A stretch of 64,000 nucleotides of DNA from Podarcis bocagei (Eukaryota), in assembly GCA_964188305.1 (NCBI GenBank), contig OZ076886.1. One strand, given 5' to 3'. This document shows positions 1 to 12,560 of the stretch, one piece after another. The notes under the pieces were generated by a model that saw only the letters and a list, made by a program, of their open reading frames with translations, was not told where the DNA came from and searched no databases. A program made the position numbers and the translations under genes. Positions within the stretch are counted from its first letter, which is position 1. Every line of letters starts with the position of its first letter.

Positions 1-404
1 TTATTGTGGGGAGGGAGGCTGGTTCACACATGCATGTAACGTTGCTTGATTTCTCATCGCTTGATGACTTAACATACTGACCTCCTTCAAGCATGGAAGC
101 TGCAAAGCCATCCTGCCCTGCAAGGGCCTGCAGCCCCCACTCAGCCCCCACATATCAGCTACAGATGCCACGAAAAAGCACAGAAAGCAAAGCCTACACA
201 CATAGACACTTAGGTTTTCATGTGTTCTGGATTTCATGCTGGGTTCCAGAATGCATGGTAAGTCTGTATGTTTTACAGGTTTCTGCAAGTGGACTTTCCT
301 TTGCAGGTGTCCACACTTAAAAGTGTGGACATTAGGGTCAGGAGTAACAACACCATGCAACATTGGGGGCAGGGCCTGTAGTGCAGCCCTGCAGCTCAGT
401 CCTA

Positions 405-549
405 CATAGAATCATAGAACTGTAGAGTTGGAAGGGACCTTGAGGGTCATCTACTCCAAGCCCCTGCAGTGCAGGAATCTTTTGCCCAACGTGAGGTTTG
501 AACACACAACTCTGAGATTAAGAGTCCCATGCTCTACCGACTGAGCTAT
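405..549 (-). mobile_element. tRNA-derived SINE with CR1-like 3' tail
   Basis: Minus strand reads TAGCTCAGTCGGTAGAGC (A-box), GTTCAAA (B-box-like), then a CR1-type tail ending (TTCTATGA)n. Confidence 0.8.
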
Positions 550-2142
550 GTGATGCCCCATCTTCTGACGTATGCCCAACAGAGGGCTTTGATGTCTCAA
601 AGCTGAACGGAGCTCCCTTCAGAAGTATTTTGTTAGAGGCGCAGTGAGTTCCGCGATGGCTCGTTCAGTTTCACCCTCTCAACTCACTCCTTGAGGAACA
701 TGTGTACCAGTAGGGATTGTTTATGCCCGGAAGGTGGTTGATCTCCAGATGATCTTGGATTCCAGCTTCCATCAGCCCCAGTTGGAATGGCCAGTGGTTT
801 GAGAAGATGGAAGTTGTTGTCCCACAGCAGCCGTAGGTTAGCCATCCTTGATCCATGCGATCCGAGTGTCTTTTTCAGCCAGGATGGCACTGAACACATA
901 GGACCAACCACATGAGGACCAACCACAATTTGCCCTGTGGAAGAAGCTTTCCCAGTTTTTATCAAGCGGCATGCAAAATCTGCCTCCACAAGGACACAGA
1001 CCAGAGCTCAGGCTTGCTTAGCTTCAGTGAAGTTGCTGCTTCCTTTGCCTTTTGAGTACCACGTCATGGCATAATGGGGATTATGAATTATTCAGGGGCC
1101 CGGTTTACAACGTACGCTGCGGACAGGAAAAGAAATGGCTGGCCCTGGTGAAAAGGGCTCTTGTCTTTCAATGCTTGGAAACAGGTGTGTAGCTCTGAAG
1201 GTGATAGAAAAGATGGAGTCACAAAAAGACCTGTTATGTTACCCATGTTAGAAACACTGAGCCTCTTGATGTCCAAAATCTGGAGCTTCCAGGAAGGACT
1301 CAGCAGTTAGGGGCTGGTTTGCACAAGTTTAATCCTTTCTTCTGGCATTAATTCCCTGCTTGGATTTTGATTCATTGTCTCAAAACCCCATGTTTTTCCT
1401 TATTCCTCCTCCATGCTTCTTCACGTCACCTTTGTTTCACTTCCTCTGTAGGTTGTGTCCACACCAGTGTTCATATAGAAGGATGGGTTGGTTTAATCTC
1501 GTCTGTGTATAATGTATAAGTTGACCCTTAGGAGGATCCGCACTGCAGCCCATCATAATCACTGGTACAGTGGCTGCTTTGGGGTCTGCACTTGCAATAT
1601 TTGGCTATCCTACACTGTCTCTGCATTTCCAGGTAGAAAAAAACCCCCGAGCCCTTCCTTCCACGTCCTGCTCTTGAGCAAAGTAGACACGCAGCTTTTC
1701 GCTTGTGACCTTCTCTGTGCAAGGACCATGTCTCTGCCATATTCTGTACCACATGGAAAGGTATGTGGTGAACCAGTTGTTTTTCTTGTGATCAGGTATT
1801 CCAGAGAGAGATTGCAAATAAGTTTAGGATTCCTGGATACAGATCTGATGGAATCTAGAGTGGCAACTAAATAAAGCAAAGCGAGGAGATTAAGTCCTGT
1901 CTGCTTTACAACTCCAAGTATCCTTTCTGGAGAAGAAACGATGCGTCCTCTGTGTTATATATCAGCTTAAATTTATCTTATTTGCCTCCTGCCTTCCCTC
2001 TAAAATGCTGTGGTATTGTGCATGCCGGTAACCAATTTTATCGTCACAACAACCATGTAAAGTCAGTTTGATAGAAACTTAGCCCAAGTTTAGCCAATGA
2101 ACTTGATGGCTAAGGACTTGAACCCAGGGTTCAGTATTCTTA

Positions 2143-2492
2143 AAGGTAAAGGGACCCCTGACCATTAGGTCCAGTCGTGGCCAACTCTGGGGTTGCGGCG
2201 CTCATCTCGCTTTATTGCCCGAGGGAGCCAGCGTACAGCTTCCGGGCCATGTGGCCAGCATGACTAAGCCGCTTCTGGCGAACCAGAGCAGTGCACGGAA
2301 ACGCCGTTTACCTTCCCGCCGGAGTGGTACCTATTTATCTACTTGCACTTTGATGTGCTTTCGAACTGATAGTTGGCAGGAGCAAGGACCGAACAACGGT
2401 ATCTCACCCCGTCACGGGGATTCGAACCGCCGACCTTCTGATCGGCAAGTCCTAGGCTCTGTGGTTTAACCCACAGTGCCACCCGCATCCCT
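2143..2492 (-). mobile_element. Sauria SINE, near full length
   Basis: tRNA-like head with GGTTCGAATCC and an (ACCTTT)n tail; 13-bp TSD ttcagtattctta / ttcagtgttctta (one mismatch). Confidence 0.92.
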
Positions 2493-4009
2493 TTCAGTGT
2501 TCTTACCTACTGCATATATTGCCTGGTTCTCGGCAATCCTTACAACAGTCCTGCATGGTAGGCCAGTGTTATTATCGCCATGGGGGCACTGGGAAAGATT
2601 GGCTTGCGAGTTCTGAAGCAATTATTCACTTGCTTAATTCTTTCTGGAACTGGCAACCTGCAGGGCGATCTCTTGAATCTAGCAGGAAAAGATAAGATAA
2701 ACACCATTCTTGTGCAGATCTAAATATGTTATCACAGACAAGTGTTGGCAAACAGGCATCATGTCTCCATCCAAACATGTCACACTTTTGAGTCACAGCA
2801 TGGACAGGCATATATTTGTGTATGGGGGGGGGGAGAAGTGATGGGGTTTTCTCCTGCATCTGTTTTGTGTTTCCCTCTGCCAGCCAGCCAGCCTCTCAGA
2901 GCTGTTCCATCCCCCACCCTAAGCTAGAGAACACAGGAAGATTTCTGCAACTCACTCAATAACCTACTTTTGCCTCCAGCAAAGGAGACAGGCAAATTTC
3001 TCTTGCTTCACTCATTGGGTTAAAAGGGATCTGAGTGCTGGCTGCTTTTGCTTTAATGGGCCTGTCTGGTTCATCCCAGCACCCCCTGCAGGGAGTCTGG
3101 TTCTGGAGGTGCTGGGCAGACTGGGATTATTAGTGGCAAGTGGTGAATGGCCCCAGGCTGGAAGATGAGCCACTGTGTTTTCATGGCTAGAACTACATTA
3201 TCTGCATGGGAGAGGAAGTATTTGGATGGTGACATCATGTAGGCGTGTATTCCTAAAATGGCTGGATATCCCTTGTTTTCCCACCCACAAGGTCACTGGA
3301 ACCCTGTGCAGCTAGGAACTCGGCGCTGGCTCGGTGTTCCTCCTACAAGGACAGTGCCCTTGTATTTGTGTGATGTCTGAATGACTGAGGGTACGTTGTG
3401 TTGTTTGCCGTTAGCACCAAGACTCCAGAATGTGCTACATCTCCAGAGAACATTGCTGTTAAAACAAAATAATGGCATGTCTGTCCAAAAGACTTGGGCT
3501 GTAAATTATCGTATTTTAAGCCTAAGAGCTGGGATTTTTGTGCTATTGACCTTTATTTTTCAACAGCACGGTTGTCCCAAAATATGAGATGAAATAAAGA
3601 GAGGCACGTTTGTGTGTGCATAGAGTGTCTGCTCCTCATAACTGAAGCCACAGTCTGCCACCACTTAGTCAGCATTAAGGGTGGGGGCTTGTAAGAACAT
3701 TAGAAAAGCCTGATGGATCAAGCCAATGCATCCTGGTCCAGCATCCTGGTCTTACAGATCCCTTTGCAGAAACCCGGAAGCAGGATCCAGCAACTGGTAT
3801 TCAAAAGCATTGCTTCCTCTTTGTGAGGCAGATGACCTGGCTTCCTGGCAAGTTAGGCCCCCCCCCATATTCTCTTTTAATGAAATTGCAACTGCAATCC
3901 TATACTTACTTACCTGGGAGGAAGAAGCATTGAACTCAATGGGGTTTACCTTTAATAGCTGAATGAGATTGCATTGCATTGTGTGTTTGGGGGCGGGAAT
4001 GTTGGGTAT

Positions 4010-4505
4010 CAAGTCAAAGTTTATTTGTTGTTGTGACCATCCTGGTCATTGCAACCAAAAAGGGGGGGGGGAGTATTATATGCATGCTGTGCATAGAATA
4101 TGTATAGATACCCTTTAAAATACAGTGATAACCGAGTTATACATATTTGTGTAGGTCTGAATTTTAATGTATATAAGTTTCTATGTTACATTACCTATCA
4201 GTCTTTACAGTCCACCATATTGATGAACGTTCTCAGTTTTGGGGCTGCAACCGCGAATCTTGCAACTCATGAACTTACTGGATCCAGACAGCAAATATGT
4301 GATCTTCACTTGATCATCCACATCAGGCATCTTACACAATAGTTCACAAATGTATTTAGTTCACTTGCAACTCATGAACTTACTGGATCCAGACAGCAAA
4401 TATGTGATCTTCACTTGATCATCCACATCAGGCATCTTACACAATAGTTCACAAATGTATTTAGTTCAGAATACATAGGGCAGTACATAATGGTACAGAT
4501 GCAGG
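4010..4505 (-). mobile_element. Degenerate 3' end of a LINE (RTE-X/Tx1-like)
   Basis: Minus-strand remnant HY..CPMYSEL..KYI...YLLSGS...VARFAVAA..LR, followed by AATAAA near 4020. Confidence 0.55.
4259..4468. repeat. Perfect 105-bp tandem duplication (2 copies)
   Basis: cttgcaactc...tttagttca at 4259-4363 is repeated identically at 4364-4468. Confidence 0.95.
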
Positions 4506-6134
4506 TATAATCCAGATTAATAAAAAGAAGTCAGTGTTGATTCCAATGGGACATTGACTGTTCTCCATTACGGTGCAATCCTATGCAAGTCCCACTGAGT
4601 TAAAAATGGGACTCCCAGGTAAATTGTATTTAGGGTTACATCCTAAACCACAAGCTTCTTTTTCTTTGTGGTAGCCTGATTCATAGTGGTGATGCTGTGG
4701 GCCTTATTGGCAGCTTTAATTTACTGCTAGAGGATTACGATTTCAAGAGCATGGATTCCTTATTGGAATATTGGAGTGGCAAATACGCTTTTAACACCTT
4801 CATGTTTTGTGGAAGCGGGGAACAGAATGATGGTGTGTTGTGGGTTTTTTAAAAATAAAATAAAATGAAGGGGCTCTTTTAATTCTCCAGCCCCAAGAAA
4901 TATGATGTTTTGTGTTCTTCAGCAAATGTTTCATTTGACTATCCATTAGCACCAGGACCTATGTGGTAGGATTCCATTAAGCTATGATGGCTGGATTGAT
5001 GTGAGTTGTCTTCCAAAACACCTGGAAGGCACAAGTTGGCAAAGGCTGTCTTAAAAGCCTCGTGGGATAGAAGTTGCTTGGTGGGTGGAGGAGGGGGCAG
5101 CACATTTGCAGGTAAAGGATCTCTCCATAAAGGCTTGTACCCAGCCTTGAGTGGACTGCAAATACTGACACTTTCAGCAAAGCCTGCAGAGCTACGGTGA
5201 GCATGTGATAAGAGGGAGCAGGCAGCGCTGTGACCCTGGAGTCTCCCTCCTTCTGCTGACTGCGTGAGACCTTGATGAGAGTGCTGGGCCGCACCGCAGC
5301 AATCTGTGCCTCAGTTTCTCCTTCGGCAGAGCACAGCCAAACCCCTAAACAATGATTAATTAATGACTGGCTTCCAACGCTTTGAGGTGGGAGGCTGAGC
5401 TGAGGCTAGATAACAATGATGAGTTGTTTTGCTGCGTCTGGCTGACTCAGCTGCCTGGATTCAGCACAGAATGGAGCTAATTGGGAACTGAGGAAGGTTT
5501 GTTCTGTCTCATTCCTCCCCCCCCCCTCCCCAAATATCTGTGCTCCCTGTAAATTCTGGATTTCCCTATTGCCCTTTCTGGGCAGGGCGAGAGCACAGGG
5601 ATGTATATATTTTTCTACCAATCTCTTCTGTTGTTTGTGGGATTGTGTGTGTGTGTGTGTTCTTCCTGTGTCCTCCATCTGCCCTCTGGTGTCTTTTCCC
5701 CCTTGTCCTCTAGCTCAGCTTGTCCTGCAGCCACAAGAGATGTAATTTTTGGGCTCTGTTGCTGCTGGCCTCTGCATCTCAGGGAAGGAGGAGCTGGCAG
5801 GGCTCTGGCAGCTCCAGTCTCCTAATAACCACAAGTGCTGCAACGCCAGAGCTGGCAGGGAGTGGAGCGTATCTGCACAGGGAAGAGCACCGCAGCTTTG
5901 AAGGCCCAACATACGCGTCTTCCGTTGTGCGGGCTTGTCAGAAGCTGTTCAGAGTATACCAGCCCTGAAAGATTTGCTAGCACTTCAGCCTGTGAATTGT
6001 GTTAATCCTAGAACTATACAGATCAGAGTGCCATGAAGTGAAGCAACCGCCCACAAAATTGCGATTGGGGCTATCAAGTCTTCAGTAACTTGGAACTCAG
6101 TAGGGGAAGTTTAGCTCCATCATTTGCTTTAAAG

Positions 6135-6137
<3 letters not shown>

Positions 6138-6176
<39 letters not shown>
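6138..6176. repeat. (CA)n microsatellite
   Basis: Direct reading of the sequence. Confidence 0.95.
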
Positions 6177-6178
<2 letters not shown>

Positions 6179-6984
6179 CAAAAGGTTGAAGCACTAAGGG
6201 GATATAAGCAGCCAAAAAATAAAAGAAAGGAAAACCAAAAACATATTGGAGGAAATTGCACATGGTTGAGAGACTTGACCTTTCGTAGCACGAAATTTAG
6301 ACACTTTCCCCCATATGTCTTTCCCACAGCTAGTTTGATACATGTCACTTTTCACCAGTATAAAATGTTCGTCTAAAATAAAGTCACTTGCCTTTATTAG
6401 GACTAACTAAAATGTCACAGTGGGCACACAAAGCAGCAAAGGGACGTTAAAAAAAAAGAAAGCATGAGGAACATCATATACACCAGGGTAGTGAGAGGAG
6501 TGGAACAAATAATACCTCATTCACTTTTAGAAAAGTGTGCTGAGACAAATATATGCTGATGGAACTCCCAAGCCCATGGTGAGTGTACATTTTAGGGGAG
6601 ATAGGCCCATAAACTTTATTTTTCTTGGTCACATCCAGAGATGGCACTTATAGGGCAGCAGAAGATAATGTTATAACTCCTGAGCTGAAGAGTCAGCCCA
6701 AAGAACTAATAATCTGTAGCGTGCTCCATCACCAGCCTACAGAAATTCTTCCTCATTGTATTGTTTTTTTTGGACTCAGGGTGCTGACCCCTGTAACTTG
6801 GTAACTACGCCTTCATCCTCCTGGTATCAAAAGGCCTATCTTGTGGAATTTCTTTCCTCCATCAGTTTTTTTATAGGAACATCTCTTACGTGCCTCTGCT
6901 GAACGACCTGTCACTACACTTCCATCTTGCAGATTGTCTGGCAAGTTTCTATATTTCCACAATGACCCCAGAAATAAGGTTCTC

Positions 6985-7047
6985 ATCCTGCTTGGCAGGG
7001 GGTTGGACTCGATGGCCCTTGTGGTCTATTCCAACTCTATGATTCTA
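6985..7047 (+). mobile_element. CR1 LINE 3' terminus fragment
   Basis: gggggttggactcgatggccc...ttccaactctatgattcta. Confidence 0.75.
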
Positions 7048-7606
7048 TCCTGGCTTTCCTTCTACCCTCCCACACGAGAGCCTCCCATTTATTTGAGTGC
7101 AATGACATTGAAAAGCATGCCTTCCCTTGTGACACCCCCCCTTTGCTTTAAGGAGGCTCTTTCCCATGTGCCTTAAGAGGTGGAACCTTCTCCATGGTCT
7201 GTGGAATGCCCTCCTCACAAGTACAACAGGTGCTGACATTGCTATTGTGTCAATTCACAGCATTTGTTTGCTCAGGTATCTTAATTATCTTAACTCTTTA
7301 GTGGGTGATCATTTTAGCCTTCGCTGGGTTGTTGGTTTTTTAGCTGCACCTGTTTTGTATTTTGATGAATTTGCTTTTTAATTGACTTGGTTGTTGTAAT
7401 TTATTTTGGAGTGTGACCTGCCCTGGTATTGGTATCAAGGAAGGGTGGGCTGTAAATTTAATTAATTAATCTATCTCGCTTTGTTGCCATCTGTGGGCAA
7501 AACAAGGAGCTGGGCCATTCCTCTAATTTTATAAGTATCAACCATCTTCCTTTTAGTCTTGTTGCTCCTTTGAATTAAGGAATCTTTCTTTAGTGTTGGT
7601 CGGCAT

Positions 7607-7946
7607 TTGTTGTTGTTTAGTCGTGTCTGACTCTTCCTGACCCCATGGACCACAGCACGCCAGGCCCTCCTGTCTTCCACTGCCTCCCGCAGTTTGGTCA
7701 AACTCAGGCTGGTAGCTTCGAGAAGACTATCCAACCATCTTGTCCTCTGTCGTCCCCTTCTCCTTGTGCCCGCCATCTTTCCCAACATCAGGATCTTTTC
7801 CAGGGAGTCTTCTCTTCTCATGAGGTGGCCAAAGTATTGGAGCCTCAGCTTTCAGGATCTTCCCTTCCAGTGAGCACTCAGGGCTGATTTCCTTAAGAAT
7901 GGAGAGGTTTGATCTTCTTGCAGTCCATGGGACTCTCAAGAGTCTT
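7607..7946 (-). mobile_element. RTE-BovB LINE 3' fragment
   Basis: Minus-strand ORF remnant RRED-SLEK-LMLGK--G-RRRGRQR-RWLD...WRA-VHGV and a (CAA)n tail, typical of BovB. Confidence 0.92.
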
Positions 7947-9181
7947 GCCACTAGGTGACCACAATTCTAGTAAATGCCATTCCAGCAGCAACAACACAGC
8001 AGCAATATGAGCCTTCTACACTGCAGCATCCTTACTCCCATCTTCCTAGCCACTGTCCATGCTGACACAAATCCCGCAGTCATACATCTAAAAAATGAGA
8101 AGCTACTATTGTCATGTAATCAGGCTCTCCCTCCCTCATTGCTTTAGCATTGTCCCCCTCCATCAACCATGCCTCACTCAAAAAAATTAAAAATCACTGC
8201 TCCTCCCTCTCAACTAGACCAGAAATGAGGAACCTGTGGGCTACAATTCTCACTAAACCTGACCATTGCGCATGCGTGCTAGGAGCTGGAGACCACCAAT
8301 GTGGACTATGTGTTCCCCACCCCTGCTGTAGACTCTCCACATCAAACTAGGGTTTTGCCCTGAAACTTGTTTACAGAATGCCAGGATGCGGCCGTTGAAC
8401 AGGTGAAGTTAACAACAGAGAGAAACAGAGAGCTGGAGCACATCATTTGCTTTCCCATCATTTGACAGTTTGATTTGCAACAGTATCTTTAGTGTTTACA
8501 CGGCTTCTCCCTGTTTTTATCCCCATAAAGCACATTTGCATTAGGTTAATCCCAAGCTAGAGTTCAAGGCCAGGTTTGGGTTCTGAAAAAGCCAACCCTC
8601 TAGTCTAGCCTCTGCACCAAGATTGCTGTGTTTGAAGTATATATATGAGTAGCGTTTAACCAGTGATGGTTCACTCACACATGCAAATCATTGCAACAGC
8701 TGCTGTGTTGTTCACCAAGTAATGTGAATGCAGACGGCAAACCTGTGTAGGTAGACACTCAGAGCAGGTACAGTGTGCCTATCCTTAACCGCTCCCGTCC
8801 CACCCTAGCATGGAATGAGTGGACGCTAGCCCAGAAAGGTGGCATACAAATACTTCAATCAAGCTTGTGTACATATCATACATTTAAAGGACACTCACCC
8901 CAAGAATCCTGGGAACTGTGGTTTGTTAAGGGTGCTGGGAATTGTAGCTCTATGAGGGGTGAGCAACAGTACCTAGGATTCTTTAAACATATGGTGTGCA
9001 TTCAGCTCAAGGGTGGCTCACTTGTTGCTCTCGAGATGTTGCTGGACTACAACTCCCATCACCCCATCCCATTTACTCCCTTGCCCTGGGGGGTCTAGTA
9101 TTGCAGCTCAGCAACAGGGGTTAGCCACCCCTGACTTGAAGGATAAGACATTTTCAAAGGGCAGGAGGAAGCAACCATATA

Positions 9182-9421
9182 CAGTAGTACCTTGGGTTAA
9201 GTACTTAATTCGTTCTGGAGGTCCATTCTTAACCTGAAACTGTTCTTAACCTGAAGCACCACTTTAGCTAATGGGGCCTCCTGCTGCCGCTGTGCTGCCG
9301 GAGCACAATTTCTGTTCTTATCCTGAAGCAAAGTTCTTCCTGAAGCACTATTTCTGGGTTAGCGGAGTCTGTAACCTGAAGCGTATGTAACCTGAAGCAT
9401 ATGTTACCCGAGGTACCACTG
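9182..9421. mobile_element. Tc1/mariner (Tigger-like) MITE
   Basis: TIR CAGT(A/G)GTACC...GGTACCACTG with TA TSD. Confidence 0.88.
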
Positions 9422-9488
9422 TACTGAGCCAGGCCTGGTTGGTTGGTTTTGCCTGCTCCTCCGAGTGGCAATGGCTCTCCGCAGGGTT

Positions 9489-9750
9489 TCATAGAACTGT
9501 AGATTTTGCAGACCCCGGAGGGTCATCTAGTCCAACCCACTGCAAAGCAGGAATCTCAGCTAAAGCATCCATGACTGCTGGCCACCCAACCTCTTGCTTA
9601 ATAACCTCCAAGGAAGGAGAGCCCACAACCTCCCGTGGCAGACCATTCCGCTGTCCAACAGATCTTCCTGCCAGAAAGTTCTTCCTGGTATCTCTCCTTC
9701 CTTGCAACTTGGAGCCGCGGGTTCGAGTCCTCCTACCCTCGAGAAGAGCA
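9489..9750 (-). mobile_element. CR1 LINE 3' fragment
   Basis: Minus-strand remnant TRGSKLQ..R...RKNFL...NGLPREVVGSPSLEV.K and a CR1 3' UTR. Confidence 0.88.
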
Positions 9751-9979
9751 GGAGACAGCAAGCTTGTTACCTTTCCCCACGTGGCCAGCCCTTGAGCTAG
9801 TCGAAGGCAGGAGGCTCTTCCTCTTTCCCAACCCTACTGGAGAGGCCGGGAATCGAACCCTGATCCTCCTCTTCCATACGAAACGTGGGCATCCCTTTCG
9901 CCCGGAGCTGAGTTGCACGGTGTCAGAAGAGGAAGAGGTCTTTTTCTCCAATTCCACCCACTCCTTTTGCAGGGCTTTC

Positions 9980-11560
9980 CCTCCGCTTCCGCAGCCAACT
10001 TTACCCGCTACGCCTTTGTGCATCTGGTTACGGGTTTGTTTATTTGGAGGGTCTCCCGCCGAGGAACCCCGCTCGCTCCCCCTCCCCTTCCTCTCCTCAG
10101 CGGCGGTGTTTGCCGGGTCAAGCCTTGGCGCGGTCACGGCGGCGCAGGCGGTGGGGCGCTAGGACCCGGCGGCGAGGCGCCTCAGCCGACGACGCTCGCC
10201 CCGGCGCTCGCTCCTTCGCTCGTTCGTTGGCTGAGCTCGGCTTCCTGGCCAGAGACGACGACGACGACGGCCTCGCCTGGTGCGGCTTCGGCCTGCGCCA
10301 CCCTCCTCCCCTCGCACCAGCCTCAGCCGGTGGCCGCCGCCGCCGCCGCCCACCCTTTCCCGCAGGCCATGCTGCGGCGCGGGGTCCGACCTTTCCCTCA
10401 GCGCGGCGGGGCCATGTGAAGAGCCGGCTGACACCTCCCTCAGGTGAGGCGTCCGGAGTGTGAGGTGCGCGCGCGAGGGGTGGGGGTGGGGAGAGGAAAG
10501 AGAGAGTAATGCGTGGGGCTGAACCAAAATGCGGACGGCGGCGGGGGGGGGGGAGAAAGACGTATGAGAAAGACGTGGCCCCTGAGGGGGAGCCGAGAGA
10601 AGTTTGGCCCGAGTCGTTGTGAGTTGGGGGGGGGGGAGAGGGAGCGAAGCAAGTTTCATCGTAGGTGGGGGAGGGCGGCCGGCGGCGGTTGGTTTCCCTC
10701 ATTCCGCTCTCCCGAAGTGAGGGGCGAAGGCCTAGTCAGGAGAGGAAGGCGAGGGAGTGTGAGGGAGGACACGACGCCCTCCCGCTTTGGGGTGAGACAG
10801 GGGGCCTCCTCCTCCTCTTCCCCTCCCCCCCACCCCAAAAGCCCTGAGGAGAAAAGAGGCTCCTTCGGTGGGGGAGGAGAAGCCCGTTGCCGAAGACATA
10901 ACGCCTCCCGGGGGCTGCGCGTGTTCGAAGCGCCGCGCCAACTTCTCTCGGGAGTCGTGTGGGGACGACGACGACGACGACGGGCTGAAGTTGGGAGCAG
11001 GCCCCGCGGGGCACCGGCTCTCGCCCTCACGGCGATGCGGCGGTGCTCCCGTCTTCCCCAGCCCGGCATGGCGCGGTAGTCGAGGGGGAGGAGGAGGAGG
11101 AGGCTGGCGAGTCCCGGTAGCGGCAGCGTCGAGCGAGGGGAGCGTGGCCGCCGCTTCGCTCACCTCCGCAGGCGAACTGAAGAAGGGCAAGGCCTGGCCT
11201 TTGGGCTGGAAACGTTTGGGGTTTTGCTCCCGGAGAAGAATGGCGGCGGCGGCGTTGTGGCTTAGTGTATAGGAGGTGGGAATTGGATGTGTTTTAACTC
11301 CACTTGGAAGTTGGGGGAAAGGCGCCCTGAGTGTTTTGTCGGGTGCCCTTAGTTGGCCTGGAGAGAGTGGCGGTCGGTTTTGCGCGGCCGCTCCCTGGGC
11401 TCCAGCTCTTCTTCCATGGCGGCGAGGAGGGCTGCAGGTCCTTGAGTCTGGGGAGATAAGGCTGTGGGAAGATGGGATCTGTGGGCTTCGCTAAGGATCC
11501 CACTAGATCGACGAGAAAAGGTCGCTCCCTTCCTGGGAGTAGGGACGTGACCCGGGAATC
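9980..11560 (+). promoter_or_regulatory. BAZ2A: CpG island / BAZ2A promoter and exon 1 region
   Basis: Sharp rise in GC and CpG density against a CpG-depleted background, with (GCC)n and (GAC)n runs, 7.6 kb upstream of the first coding exon. Confidence 0.9.
10200..10443 (+). other. BAZ2A: Probable non-coding exon 1 (5' UTR); 5' boundary approximate
   Basis: Strong donor CAG|GTGAGG at 10443/10444 inside the CpG island. Splicing to the 18061 acceptor gives cagaaATGg, a good Kozak context. Confidence 0.65.
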
Positions 11561-12433
11561 CTGGCTTCCCTTTAGGGATCTCTAAATTTGGTGATGCCGC
11601 TTATGGAGAGAATGGTTTGTAAACAAGGATGCAGGTACCTGGGAATCTTATTAGCACATACACAAGTCATTAATATCCTGAACAGGGCTGGTGTTTGGAG
11701 ACAGAAATGCCTTTTTGATAAGTCTGTGGAAGAAAACCCAGGAATTCTGCTTTGTGGATGGAGATTATAATCTGGGATTATGGCTCCGAAATTTGGGTTT
11801 GCCCTAGTTTTCATATTGGACACCGGAAGGATTTTCTAGTTACTGTGGGTCCCCTTCAAAGATTGTTTCTGATACTGGTGGTTTAGCATGTGTACAGGAA
11901 GTGTTATTTGTATGTAGGTGGTATGGGGCAATTTCTGATGGCAGTCTTCCATGTATTTCGGAAGTTGAGAGGCCAAGATCTTAGTACCATGAGGGAGGCT
12001 GCAAATGTGGTTTGGCTGGATGATGGTTAGGGCTGAGAGAGCCCTTTGTGTATGTGTGGAGGTGGGGTGTGGGCATAGGGAATCCCCGGTGACTGGCAGC
12101 TAGGTGAGTGGGAGACCAGAACTGTCTCTTCCCCTGCTTACAACATCTTGATGCAAACAGCCCTCTTTCCTCTGCTCCCTCCCCCAACCTTGCCGGAACT
12201 GGCCGGGAAATGGCAGCTGTGTTTGTTGCTTTCTGAAATGTCCTTTTTAATCAGATTTGGTTTCTGTTTCTGGCTTTCCCTAAACTCCTTGGCTAGATTA
12301 GCCCTATTCCCCAGCAGCCAGTTGGCACAAGATCCTGTAGTTTAGGGTTATCACCACCTTCTTTTTAAAGTTACATGGAATTTAAAGAGGCAGTCATATA
12401 TATTCTAACTTAGCAAAACGGGAAGCTACAAAG

Positions 12434-12560
12434 CAGGGGTCAGCAAACTTTTTCAGCAGGGGGCCAGTCCACTGTCCCTCAGACCTTTTGGGGGGGTAGG
12501 ACTATATTTTTCTTGGGGGGGGGGAGAAATGAACAAATTCTTATGCCCCACAAATAATCT
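12434..12560. mobile_element. Truncated hAT MITE (same family as 18704-18933, opposite orientation)
   Basis: CAGGGGTCAGCAAAC terminus and shared internal sequence. Confidence 0.8.

Noticed and set aside
5416-5446. ATGATGA...CTGA as a possible C/D-box snoRNA
   Set aside because: The boxes are only about 30 nt apart, there is no terminal stem, and no host intron is evident.
7471-7951. BovB ORFs as an active element or a new horizontal transfer
   Set aside because: It is only a 340-bp frameshifted 3' fragment, and BovB is a known abundant squamate repeat.
9635-11272. Many long overlapping ORFs of 130-194 aa on both strands
   Set aside because: These are an artefact of the stop-poor, GC-rich CpG island; the translations are low-complexity Arg/Pro/Gly/Ala with no recognisable domain.
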